A DNA stretch of 64,000 nucleotides. Source: Halobacteriales archaeon. GTDB taxonomy: Archaea > Halobacteriota > Halobacteria > Halobacteriales > SKSH01. Positions 28,274-38,149 of this stretch are shown one piece after another. The notes under the pieces are model-generated. The model did not search any database. It had not been told where the DNA came from and worked only from the letters and a program-made list of their open reading frames with translations. The stretch is from assembly GCA_007118145.1 (NCBI GenBank), contig SKSD01000010.1, positions 582-64,581 on the forward strand, read 5' to 3'. The stretch's first letter is position 1. Every line of letters starts with the position of its first letter. A program made the position numbers and the translations under genes.

Positions 28274-29758
28274 TCAGGTGTACACGTGGGGTTCGAATTC
28301 TATCCCGGAAATGACGAAGCGGGCACCCCCATCACGTCCCTCACCGACATCGATATCCCAGCCATGGCCGAGGGCGATCTGTTTGACGATCACCAGCCCA
28401 TAGCCCAGACCATTACCGGTGCTATAACCTGGCTCGAACACCGCATCATAGGCATCCGGATCGATACCAGGACCGTCATCCTCGAAGATGATAGCATCGT
28501 TATCGATAGAGACCGAGATGGTGGTGTCCTGGCCAGCATGCTCGATCGCGTTTTGGATCAGGTGCTCAAAGAGCTGTTGCGTCCACCCTGGATCGGCATC
28601 GAACACCTTCGAGTCGATGACCTGTAACTGTGCATTTCCCGTCTCGGTCATATCCCACGCAGCTTTGACGAGCTCCTCGAGCTTTATCTTGGTTGTATCT
28701 GAGATAGACTCATCAAATTCGGATAGCTCGGCCATCTGATCGATGATCTGATTGATGCGAGCGAGTGACTGCTTGATCTTTTCGATATGTTCCTCATCAC
28801 CCGTCTCTCGATACAGGGTTAGCGTACTGAAGGCGATGGTGAGCGGCGTCTTCAGATCCTGGGTAAGACTCTTGCGTAGGTTCTCGAGTTGGTTGCGCTG
28901 ATGTCTGAGTGCTGCCTCTCGTTCGACCGTTGAGGTGACATCGCGTGTGTTGATGACGAACCCGTTGACGATATCATCCTCCAAGAGGTTCTTTGCCCGG
29001 GCCTCGAGTACCGGCCACTCGCCAGCAGGATCTTTGAACCGATACTCGATCTTCGCCTGCTCTTCGGGATGCTCGAGCAGGTGATAGAACGTCAACATGG
29101 CATGTTCGCGATCATCTGGGTGGATGTACTCGAACGCGTCCTCACCGAGGAGCTCCTTCGGTTCATATCCGAGGACGTGCTTGGATGATGGTGAGAGGAA
29201 CGAGCCGGTACCGGTCTCATCGACAACACAGATGACGTCAGAAGAGTTCTCTACGAGCTTGGCGTATCGTTTCCCAGACATCGCGAGAGCGGTCTGTACA
29301 CGGTATCGTTGGATGGCATTGTGTAACCGGTTGGCGAGGACTGAGAACTGCGAAGGGTCGGTCTCCTTTCTGAGGTAGTCCGTGACACCTTCCTTGATCG
29401 CACGACTCGCCAACTGTTCGCTCCCCTCGCCCGTGAATAACAGGAAAGGCAAGTTCGGATCGTTGGCGCGAACGTGCTTGAGGAACTCGAGGCCGTTCGT
29501 CCCGGGGAGCAGGTAATCGCTGACGACGGCGTCGACATCGGCGTTATCCTCGAGGAACTCGATAGCCGTCGAGACACTCGTGAATGGGTGAGTGGTAAAC
29601 TCGGGGCGTTCCCTGGTGAGATACATCTCGGTGATATCGAGGAAATCTGGATCATCATCGACGAGTACCACGTCGATGGGGTCGTCATCGACATGCTCGT
29701 CGACCACCCTGTCGATATCCTCCAATTGAGTCCGTCGAGATGTGAGTGTCGAGCTCAT
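28274..29758 (-). CDS. REC-PAS-kinase-fold protein with a degenerate H-box (candidate pseudokinase)
   Basis: Receiver VDDD..VVSDY..FTGEG; PAS YIHPDDR; H-box position reads SLTQDLKTPL; QNAIEH, EDDGPGI, GNGLGYGL. Confidence 0.88.
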   Translation of the reverse strand: MSSTLTSRRTQLEDIDRVVDEHVDDDPIDVVLVDDDPDFLDITEMYLTRERPEFTTHPFTSVSTAIEFLEDNADVDAVVSDYLLPGTNGLEFLKHVRANDPNLPFLLFTGEGSEQLASRAIKEGVTDYLRKETDPSQFSVLANRLHNAIQRYRVQTALAMSGKRYAKLVENSSDVICVVDETGTGSFLSPSSKHVLGYEPKELLGEDAFEYIHPDDREHAMLTFYHLLEHPEEQAKIEYRFKDPAGEWPVLEARAKNLLEDDIVNGFVINTRDVTSTVEREAALRHQRNQLENLRKSLTQDLKTPLTIAFSTLTLYRETGDEEHIEKIKQSLARINQIIDQMAELSEFDESISDTTKIKLEELVKAAWDMTETGNAQLQVIDSKVFDADPGWTQQLFEHLIQNAIEHAGQDTTISVSIDNDAIIFEDDGPGIDPDAYDAVFEPGYSTGNGLGYGLVIVKQIALGHGWDIDVGEGRDGGARFVISGIEFEPHVYT

Positions 29759-30092
29759 GTCAGGGCGTCAATGGCCGCTCACCACCACGTGCACCGTTGG
29801 AGGTACCCCTCTGGATGGTCGCTTGCGCTACAGCCAGGTCTCCTGCCGGTTACCATTAATCATTCGGAATATTTTGCAAATGATAATAATGTGGCCACGG
29901 AGCACACCCATGATACGGGTTCTAACCGCTGATTTGTAGGTATATTGTTCATCAATGTGAATAGTTTGCAATTATTGCAACGTATCATGATCCGAAGGTA
30001 TCCCCAGTGTGATGAGCCACCTGTTGTCTTGCATATGTCTGACTGAATATTATATACAATTGGTAGAAACTCTTCACGGGGTATCCACCACT

Positions 30093-30158
30093 ATGATCAT
30101 CGAGCTGCTTGCCATATACACGCTGGTCGTGATATCAGCGGTACTCATCCTGGCATAG
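30093..30158 (+). CDS. Possible 21-aa single-TM micropeptide
   Basis: MIIELLAIYTLVVISAVLILA*; TTATATA at ~30050-30056 upstream. Confidence 0.4.
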   Translation: MIIELLAIYTLVVISAVLILA

Positions 30159-30235
30159 CCACCAGTAGCTGTACGTGAGCCACACCGCCTAGTGAAACCA
30201 GTAGCTTCAATTCCATCCCGGCAATTACCGGAGGT

Positions 30236-31681
30236 ATGTGGCCATCGCACCGTGCAGTGGTGCTCGTCGCTCTTTGCACCATCCTTGTCGGCTACGGTGC
30301 GCTGGTCGACTCACCAATCATCGCCATCGGGGGTGGTCTGGTTGGGCTCTGGTTGGTCACCCGAGGCATCGCGTTCAGTAACGACCTCTCGACGATTTAC
30401 CGTGAGATCGATGTTTCACAAGCCATCGAGCGGTCCACGCTGCGACCTGGTGAATCGACAACCGTCTCACTCACGACTCGACTCCGATCGGGCCAACAGG
30501 CAGAGGTACACGTCGATGGCGGCCTCCCGGCAGTGACCACGACATCCCAGCCACTTACGTTGCATATGGACACGAACGAGACGATCGCCCAGATAGACAT
30601 CTCGACACGGTGGCCGATAGCTGGGAGATATCAGCTGTCACCGGCAACAGTCACGGTGTCAAACGGGTTGTTCCAGACGAGTTTCGATGCCGGAAGTACC
30701 CCAGACATCATGGTCGAACCAGCTTCGACACATAACCTGCATATTGGTATGGGTGGTCAGCGGCTGTCATTGGCGTTTGGCGAGCATAAATCCGATCGGG
30801 CTGGCGCAGGTATCGAACCGGCCTCGATCAGGCCGTATCAAACGACCGACCCAGCCAGCCGGATCGACTGGAAGGTGACTGCTCGCCTCGCCGAGGTGTA
30901 CGTCCGCGAGTTCGATGTCGAGACCGATCGAAAGACCGTCTTCTTGTTCGACAGGCGACACACGTTACAGGCTGGCGATTCCGGCAACACAAAACTCGAT
31001 CTGTTGAGGGCCGTCGGGTTGACTGTCCTCGAGGTGGCACGCCGCCAACATGACCCGATTGGCCTGGCAACCGTCGATGAATCCGGTCTATCTGAGCATA
31101 TCCAGGCGAATACCACACTTGAGACATATCGGACGGTCCGCTCGATACTCCTTGATGATGCAGGAACCCGAGCGAATCACCAGCTGACACATACTCACAT
31201 GCGCCAACCGATCACGGGCGAGCAGGCACGAGAGCGGTTGTCTCATCTCTTCGGTGAGACTGATACCTTCGCAAAACAGCTCACACCCTTTTATGAGAAC
31301 TCAGCGGCCTACTACGGCCGTCTTGCTGAGAGGCCGTTATTTGATGCGATCAGAAGCGTCACCACAAGTGAACGTGGTGTCGTCATGTGTGTCATCCTCA
31401 CCGATGATCACCACCGGGCTGAGTTACGAGCGGCTGTCCAATATGCGTCTCGTGGGAGTAACACGGCGATGGTCTTTCTCGCTCCATCGGTCCTCTACCG
31501 TGAGCCATCAATCTCGTCGTTGGATGACGCCTTCGACGAGTACGTCACGTTCGAGACACTCCGTCGATCGCTCGCTCACATCGAGGGTGTCACCGCGTTC
31601 GAGGTCGGACCTCGGGATCGGCTCGGTACAGTGCTCGATTCTGGACAGACAAGGCGGCACGCCGAGGGTATCAACACATGA
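30236..31681 (+). CDS. DUF58 domain protein (MoxR-associated)
   Basis: N-terminal TMs; IRPYQTTDPASRIDWKVTAR..YVREF motif. Confidence 0.88.
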   Translation: MWPSHRAVVLVALCTILVGYGALVDSPIIAIGGGLVGLWLVTRGIAFSNDLSTIYREIDVSQAIERSTLRPGESTTVSLTTRLRSGQQAEVHVDGGLPAVTTTSQPLTLHMDTNETIAQIDISTRWPIAGRYQLSPATVTVSNGLFQTSFDAGSTPDIMVEPASTHNLHIGMGGQRLSLAFGEHKSDRAGAGIEPASIRPYQTTDPASRIDWKVTARLAEVYVREFDVETDRKTVFLFDRRHTLQAGDSGNTKLDLLRAVGLTVLEVARRQHDPIGLATVDESGLSEHIQANTTLETYRTVRSILLDDAGTRANHQLTHTHMRQPITGEQARERLSHLFGETDTFAKQLTPFYENSAAYYGRLAERPLFDAIRSVTTSERGVVMCVILTDDHHRAELRAAVQYASRGSNTAMVFLAPSVLYREPSISSLDDAFDEYVTFETLRRSLAHIEGVTAFEVGPRDRLGTVLDSGQTRRHAEGINT

Positions 31682-32196
31682 GTACCAGGTTCGAACACAG
31701 AATGCATGATCTTCGAGTGAATCAACCACTCCTAGATCAGCCTAGAACGCAGACCGTCATCGAACTCGGAGGTAACGCCATCATCATCGCCTGTCTGACC
31801 TACCTCGAGTCCGTGCTGGGATTGCTCATCGGTGTCCTCGTTGCGGTGAGTTGGTTCGCCCTTGGCGTGCCGTATGCGATCGCAATCGGTCACGTGCTCT
31901 TCGCCGGTTTCGTCACAGGTCCGATCTCCATCGAACGACTCCTCGTCATCGAGGTAGGATTTCTCGTCCTCATCATGGCAGCACTCATCGAATCGTCACG
32001 AACGTACTCCTCGGTGGGCATAGCCATCCTCATCGGGGGTATGAGTGCAGGCCTCGGGTGGTATGGTTGGGCAATCCACCACCCTGTCGTGGGGATATCT
32101 CTTGTCTTGCTCACCCTCACCTGTGCAGGCTATCTCGTCCATCGACTGTCCTTGCTCACGACTGGCCAACTACGTGAGGTGCGCAACGATGAATGA
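31678..32196 (+). CDS. Hypothetical membrane protein, coupled to DUF58
   Basis: About 5 TM segments, ATGA overlap. Confidence 0.75.
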   Translation: MSTRFEHRMHDLRVNQPLLDQPRTQTVIELGGNAIIIACLTYLESVLGLLIGVLVAVSWFALGVPYAIAIGHVLFAGFVTGPISIERLLVIEVGFLVLIMAALIESSRTYSSVGIAILIGGMSAGLGWYGWAIHHPVVGISLVLLTLTCAGYLVHRLSLLTTGQLREVRNDE

Positions 32197-33022
32197 GGTG
32201 ATACCCGATGAGGAGACAGTCTCTGCGACCGACGAAACCCTCAAAGCCCAGGTAGCACTGCTCAATGAAGAAAACAGACAGCTTCGGCTGGAGTTTGCCC
32301 ATGCCCATCAAGCCCGTTATCGCTCGGTGGCGATCGGCTTGGTGGCTCTCGGCGTGGTCGCGACGTTCGGAGGTATCCTCTTTCCCGACGTTCGAGCGGT
32401 TCTGTTCACACTCGGGGCGATCGGTGCGTTCAGCGGGTTGCTGGTCTACTTTCTGACACCAGAGCATGTGATCCCGGCCAGCGTTGGCGAACGTGTGTAT
32501 CGGGCGATGGCGCGAAATGAGGCATCGATCGCCGATCATCTCGGGCTGCGTGATGAGTACATCTATCGATCCGTCGATGGCACCCATCAGCTCTACATCC
32601 CACAGATACCCAACTGGTCACTCCCCGATACAGAGTTCGGTCCGATCGTCACACAACATCGATATCGGGGATTACTCCTCAAGGCCACTGGTGGCCCGCT
32701 GTTCGATGCATTTGTGCAGTCGACGACCACACCACTTGGCACCTCACCCACCATTCTCGCTGAGCAACTCTGCGATGGTGTCGTCGAGCAGTTCGAGCTC
32801 GCTGACTCGATAGCATACGACGTAGATGAAGAGCTGTCTCACGTGACGTTCAAGGTGCAAGGGTCAGGTTTCGGTGAGCTCGACCGGTTCGATCACCCCG
32901 TCGTGTCATTCCTTGCGATCGGGCTATCGTCAGGTACCGGTCGACCCATCAAGATCGATATCATCCAGCCAGAACGAGATATCTGGCAGCTACAGTGCGA
33001 GCTGCTCGATGAGGGACCATAG
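32189..33022 (+). CDS. Hypothetical membrane protein (coiled coil + 2 TM + soluble domain)
   Basis: LKAQVALLNEENRQLR coiled coil, two TMs, FDHPVVSFLA motif; start ATG 32189 overlapping the upstream stop. Confidence 0.8.
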   Translation: MNEVIPDEETVSATDETLKAQVALLNEENRQLRLEFAHAHQARYRSVAIGLVALGVVATFGGILFPDVRAVLFTLGAIGAFSGLLVYFLTPEHVIPASVGERVYRAMARNEASIADHLGLRDEYIYRSVDGTHQLYIPQIPNWSLPDTEFGPIVTQHRYRGLLLKATGGPLFDAFVQSTTTPLGTSPTILAEQLCDGVVEQFELADSIAYDVDEELSHVTFKVQGSGFGELDRFDHPVVSFLAIGLSSGTGRPIKIDIIQPERDIWQLQCELLDEGP

Positions 33023-33061
33023 TCCGTTCGCTGTGACGAAGCCACAAAGACCCGTCCTGGC

Positions 33062-34843
33062 TCACGTATCGGCGAGTCGCATCCCGGTTATCTCGAACCG
33101 TGCACCACCTGCTTCACCCGCTGTCACCGCGATATCCCACCCATGAGCATCGATAATCTCCTTGACGATGGCGAGACCGAATCCAGTTCCCGAGCCACTC
33201 GTTGAGTATCCGGGTTCGAACACCTCCTCACGTTTGTCTGGATCGATACCAGGCCCATCATCCTCGATGAATATTCCGTGGCTGCCGATCGAACCGACGG
33301 TGACAGTCACCTCATCGTCACCATGTTGAATCGCATTGCGAAAGAGGTTCTCAAAGACGTGTGCAAGTGCGTCTGGATCACCCTCGAATGCGACGTCATC
33401 GACACAGTCGATCGTTGCATCACCCGTGTTCACCATCGACCAACAACGGCCGGCAAGCGTCGACAGACGCACCGGTTCGAACTCGACGATGCGCTGACCC
33501 TGCCTGGCGAGGGCGAGGGTATCCTCGATCAGGTCATCCATCCGCTCGTGTGCCTCACCGACCATCTCGAGTGCCTCATCTGGATCCTCTGCCTCGCGGG
33601 CGATCTCGAGGTACCCCTTTGCGACGGTCAGCGGATTCCTGAGATCGTGTGAGATGACACGAGAGACACGCTCGAGGCGCTCGTTCTGTCGCTCGAGTTC
33701 ACGCTCGCGTTTCTTCCGGTCCGTGATATCGATATAGATCGCGTGTGCACGTGCCTCATCATCAACCCGGAATGGGACGGTTCGAAGGAGGAAGGTGCGA
33801 CGTCCATCATCTGTCATACGTTCGACCTCACGCTCTGAGACGTTGCCTGAACCGACGTCTTCGTTGATGAGCATCGCCGATTCGATGCTCTCTTCGGGAA
33901 CGATATGCGCATCAAGCGCCTCACCAACGGCTGACTCGTCGAGACCGAAGGTGTCCTTGAAGGTATCGTTCATCCGTTTGATATACGGTGATGCCTCCTC
34001 GAACACCACCTCGACGACCGGCTCACCCAGCCTTGAGAACAGGGCATTCGCTCGGTCGCGTTCGTTTTTCAGGGCACGTTCGTGTTCCTTACGCTGGCTG
34101 ATATCACGGACATCGACCATGATGCCGTCGATGTACGGGTCGTCGAGGTAGTTCCTCCCACGTACCTCGACCCATACCCAACCACCGTCTGCATGGCTCG
34201 AGCGATACTCGACGGTGATGACCTCATCGGGGTGTGTGACCGTCCGACTCAGTGCATCGACAGCCTCCTCGAGATCGTCTGGATGGATGTAATCGAACGA
34301 GTTCGTCCCGATCACCTCGCCCTGGCTGTACCCGAGCATCGGCTCGACCGCCGGAGAGATGTACTCCACCTTGAGGTTGCCATCGACGATGATCGTCATA
34401 TCCGATGAGTGACTCAGGATGGTCTCATATCGGCGAAGCTCACGGAGACGTTGCTTACGTTCGGTGATATCACGCGAGGTGATGACGAACCCCTCGATAT
34501 CTGTCGCGATTTGCGTCCTCCCAATCGCCTCAAGCCAGAGATACGATCCATCAGCTGCCTTGAATCGAAACTCCGCTGACTCGACCGTCTCTCCCTCTTG
34601 ATCGATAGCCTCCAAGAACCGTTCGAACGTACCATCCAGGTCATCTGGATGGATGAACTCGAAGACGTTCTCACCGATGTGTTCGTCCTGAGCATATCCA
34701 AGGACAGACTCGATAGATGGACTGACATAGAGGACCTTACCGGTCATGTCGATGACACTCACGATATCAGATACGTGCTCGATATACGTCTGAAACCGCG
34801 TTCCGATGAGTGGTGGGTCAGGTCTGGCGTTTTGATCAGTCAC
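33062..34843 (-). CDS. Cytoplasmic multi-PAS histidine kinase
   Basis: Two YVSPS/YISPA..IHPDD PAS repeats plus a third PAS; H-box ISHDLRNPL; NLFRNA; EDDGPGI; GTGFGL. Confidence 0.92.
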   Translation of the reverse strand: MTDQNARPDPPLIGTRFQTYIEHVSDIVSVIDMTGKVLYVSPSIESVLGYAQDEHIGENVFEFIHPDDLDGTFERFLEAIDQEGETVESAEFRFKAADGSYLWLEAIGRTQIATDIEGFVITSRDITERKQRLRELRRYETILSHSSDMTIIVDGNLKVEYISPAVEPMLGYSQGEVIGTNSFDYIHPDDLEEAVDALSRTVTHPDEVITVEYRSSHADGGWVWVEVRGRNYLDDPYIDGIMVDVRDISQRKEHERALKNERDRANALFSRLGEPVVEVVFEEASPYIKRMNDTFKDTFGLDESAVGEALDAHIVPEESIESAMLINEDVGSGNVSEREVERMTDDGRRTFLLRTVPFRVDDEARAHAIYIDITDRKKRERELERQNERLERVSRVISHDLRNPLTVAKGYLEIAREAEDPDEALEMVGEAHERMDDLIEDTLALARQGQRIVEFEPVRLSTLAGRCWSMVNTGDATIDCVDDVAFEGDPDALAHVFENLFRNAIQHGDDEVTVTVGSIGSHGIFIEDDGPGIDPDKREEVFEPGYSTSGSGTGFGLAIVKEIIDAHGWDIAVTAGEAGGARFEITGMRLADT

Positions 34844-34950
34844 AACAGTAGTCTACGGTGAAACAAGGGTGGTGATAAACATATACATTCGCTGGAACTA
34901 TCACACTTGATAACACTTGAGCCGGTGATGATCCGGTGGTGGGGAGATAC

Positions 34951-35940
34951 TCACCGCTCAGCCCCTGCCAGTTGCTCGGGATCTGCACCGGGTGTCTCCA
35001 CCGCTGAGAGGATATCGTCGATGATCTCATCAGGCGCCACACCGCTGAGCTCTGCATCTGTCGTCAACACCAGCCGGTGACGGAGTGCGACATTGGCGAG
35101 TGCCTTCAGATCATCTGGGATGACGTACTCTCGGCCGATGATCGCGGCACGAGCCTTCGAGACGTTCTGGAACGCGATAGTAGCCCGTGGTGATGCGCCA
35201 TGTTCGACATCAGGATGTGTGCGAGTGGCCTCGACCAGGTCCAACAGGTACTCCGATATCGGTTCGGCGACGTGGACAGCAGTGACAATCTCACGTGCAT
35301 CGTGGATGTCAGCCGGTGAGACCATCTGTTCGACATCAGACGGGCTGAGTGTCGGATTCTCATCGAACCGGGCGAGCAGCTCTCGCTCGAACCGACGCTC
35401 TGGGATGCCCATACTCAACTTGAGCTGAAACCGATCGCGCTGTGCCTCGGGTAGCTCGAACACACCCTCGAACTCGAGTGGGTTCTGTGTGGCGATCACC
35501 ATGAACGGTTTGGGGAGATCGAGTGTCTCACCCTCGATCGTCACCTGCTGCTCTTGCATGGCCTCAAGCAGTGCAGACTGCGTCTTCGGTGTGGCACGAT
35601 TGATCTCATCTGCGACCACCACGTTCGCAAAGATTGGCCCTCGGCGAAGGTTGAAATCGCCCGTCGGTTCGTGATAAACGGTCGAACCGGTGATGTCTGC
35701 CGGGAGGATGTCTGGTGTCATCTGAATCCGACTGTACTCAAGGCCGATCACTCCAGCGAAGAGGTTGGCTAGCGTGGTCTTCGCCACCCCAGGGACCCCC
35801 TCGAGCAACACATGTCCACGCGTCAACATGGCGATGGTCAGATGCGTGACCACCGTCTCATCACCGACGAAGACTCGCCTCACCTCGTCGAGTATCGACG
35901 CATGTATCGCGGATGGATCGGCCGATGATCCGTCACTCAT
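34951..35940 (-). CDS. MoxR family AAA+ ATPase
   Basis: GHVLLEGVPGVAKT, RIQMTPDILPADITG, ADEINRATPKTQSALLEAMQE, ATQNP, LPEAQRDRF, GASPRA. Confidence 0.95.
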   Translation of the reverse strand: MSDGSSADPSAIHASILDEVRRVFVGDETVVTHLTIAMLTRGHVLLEGVPGVAKTTLANLFAGVIGLEYSRIQMTPDILPADITGSTVYHEPTGDFNLRRGPIFANVVVADEINRATPKTQSALLEAMQEQQVTIEGETLDLPKPFMVIATQNPLEFEGVFELPEAQRDRFQLKLSMGIPERRFERELLARFDENPTLSPSDVEQMVSPADIHDAREIVTAVHVAEPISEYLLDLVEATRTHPDVEHGASPRATIAFQNVSKARAAIIGREYVIPDDLKALANVALRHRLVLTTDAELSGVAPDEIIDDILSAVETPGADPEQLAGAER

Positions 35941-37042
35941 CGTTGTCTACCTCAGGTTCATCCCAGCCTGGGTTAATACCTGCTACTATCCGCTGCAGAC
36001 GTGATACATCCCACTCGGGATGGTGCCTCGATAGGTGAGCCACACGGGCAGCATCGATATCTCGAGCTTCCGACGATGGCATCGGGATGTCGGTCGAATC
36101 ATCGTCTGTGAATCGTCTCCCGAGATGGCCAGCGAGCCAGCCACTCAGCACCACGATGGCAAGCACGGCTGTGAGACCGACCCCAATCTGAGCGATGGTA
36201 TTCGATCGCAGCCAAAGGACGAGCGATCGCAGCGGTGGGATCTGTGAACTGTGTGAGACATCGATCACCACCGTGTCCATATCGGCTGTCAGTGTCTCGA
36301 TGAAGATGCGGTTGTCAGGCTGGTCGAGCATCTCATTGATCGTGATGCTCGGGTCGCCGACGGCGACCAACTCACCTGCACCGATAGACTCCACGGTCAC
36401 GACGGGATAGGCCGCAAGCTCATCGCCATCACCGATATCGTCATCCTCAGCCCCGAGGTACGCATACTCGCTACTTCGAACCAATACCGTCGCATCGTGT
36501 GGCTCGATAGCTGTGGCGTAATTGAGTGTGAGTTGTGAGACACCGTGCGTCAAGCGGTGTCCTTCGACACCGCTCGCGATCGGCATGGTCGGCCCGCGGA
36601 AGTGCTCGCGCTCGTCACGGATCACCTGACCATCGAAGGTCGCACTGCCACCGACCGACGCCATCAGTTCGTTGGCATATGGTCCGAAATTATCGAGCAC
36701 GACGACCCGTCCACCAGCCTCGATGAATGACTGGATGGACGCACTTGCCTCAGCTGAATATGTCTCCTCAGGTGCGATGATGAACACCGTGGTGTTCGTT
36801 ACATCGAGGGTCTCATACGCCGACGTAGACTGCACGATACGCAGCTCTTGTTGTGGGTGAGCATCCACCGACGACCTGAACTCGGAGGTGCCCTCCCATG
36901 TCGGATTGTACGGGTTGAACACCGCCAACGAGATCGCGGCTCCGACAATCAGGGAAATGGCGATGACCACACCGAGCGATACGAGTAACACCCGAGGCCA
37001 GTCAATCTTTTGACCGGACCGGAACCACCCCAGACGACTCAT
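35933..37042 (-). CDS. DUF4350 domain membrane protein
   Basis: TM, FNPYNPTWEGTS, FIEAGG.VV, GDPSITINEM, second TM; directly upstream of MoxR. Confidence 0.85.
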   Translation of the reverse strand: MSRLGWFRSGQKIDWPRVLLVSLGVVIAISLIVGAAISLAVFNPYNPTWEGTSEFRSSVDAHPQQELRIVQSTSAYETLDVTNTTVFIIAPEETYSAEASASIQSFIEAGGRVVVLDNFGPYANELMASVGGSATFDGQVIRDEREHFRGPTMPIASGVEGHRLTHGVSQLTLNYATAIEPHDATVLVRSSEYAYLGAEDDDIGDGDELAAYPVVTVESIGAGELVAVGDPSITINEMLDQPDNRIFIETLTADMDTVVIDVSHSSQIPPLRSLVLWLRSNTIAQIGVGLTAVLAIVVLSGWLAGHLGRRFTDDDSTDIPMPSSEARDIDAARVAHLSRHHPEWDVSRLQRIVAGINPGWDEPEVDNDE

Positions 37043-37320
37043 GGGAGCACCTCAGGTGGTAGTATCTCCAGGATGCGACGGATCACGATGTACCCAAAGA
37101 CGAGGAGTCCCGCTGCGAGCACCCAGCGCAGTCGTCGACGCCAAGCTGGAGTGACGTTCATCGGTGCGGTCAACTCCGTGACGATGAGCACACCGATGAG
37201 CGAGATGACGAAGAAGAGTTCATAGGAGACCGCATCGACCAGCGTCAACACGAGCAATGACCCGAGGAGCCAGGCGACCACCCCGTGGATGAACCGCATC
37301 CTTCGTCGAGTCCCCATCAT
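37039..37320 (-). CDS. Small 3-TM membrane protein of the MoxR operon
   Basis: YELFFVISLIG..ELTAP..W.RRL; 4-nt overlap with DUF4350. Confidence 0.8.
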   Translation of the reverse strand: MMGTRRRMRFIHGVVAWLLGSLLVLTLVDAVSYELFFVISLIGVLIVTELTAPMNVTPAWRRRLRWVLAAGLLVFGYIVIRRILEILPPEVLP

Positions 37321-37538
37321 CTCTATCGTTCGTGTTCAGTGACCTAAATGCAGTGGCCTGGATGTGCATATGACGGGCGGTCGTTGCCAATGGGTGTGAG
37401 TTGAGCCTCACGGATGGTGCTAGCTTGATTTGGCTATCACCGAGGTAGTATACACTGGATACACGGCAGCCACTCACCATCCACTGCGGGCAATCTCGAT
37501 GACTGGATTGTCATATCGATACACGTGTGCAACATCCA

Positions 37539-38027
37539 CTAGGTGAGCAGATCATCGATGACGGGATAGCTCCCGCCGAGGAGTGCGCCAAAGACCAAGA
37601 GTGCGAGGAGTGCAGGGAGGTTAAGATACGGGAGGTCCATATCGGCCCCGAGATAAAAGCCAGCCCACACGGGTACGGCTATCACCAGGAAGATCCACAG
37701 CACCAGACCGAAGAGTGCCCCGATGAGGCCTGCTGTCGGTATCGGTCCAATCAGCTCCTCACTCTGAGCCACGATATCCCGATAGGTGCCAACGATGGGG
37801 AGGACGATCCCGACGAATACCACACCGGCGAACATACCATGGACGAGTACTAACACCCATCCCATCACCTCCCCACTCAGATTGTAAAGGGTGGCAACCG
37901 CCCCAATCCAGCCCGTCAGGTGCAACACGATCCCCGCGAGGATCGATGCAGCAAGGGCCGCGATGAGCCCGGTGATATACATCCGAGGCTCGATTGACCC
38001 GGTCGATTGAGGTTCGTTTACTGACAT
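37539..38027 (-). CDS. Hypothetical 4-TM membrane protein
   Basis: Hydrophobic, GWVLVLVHG and GALFGLVLW motifs. Confidence 0.75.
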   Translation of the reverse strand: MSVNEPQSTGSIEPRMYITGLIAALAASILAGIVLHLTGWIGAVATLYNLSGEVMGWVLVLVHGMFAGVVFVGIVLPIVGTYRDIVAQSEELIGPIPTAGLIGALFGLVLWIFLVIAVPVWAGFYLGADMDLPYLNLPALLALLVFGALLGGSYPVIDDLLT

Positions 38028-38149
38028 ATGTGGAACTTGACCAACTGTCTAATAAAGATATCCACCATCGAGCTACCGCTTCGTTGGAAACTATCAACTA
38101 CCGCATATCGACCCCACTATTGTTATGTCTCTCAAATATAATACCAGAT

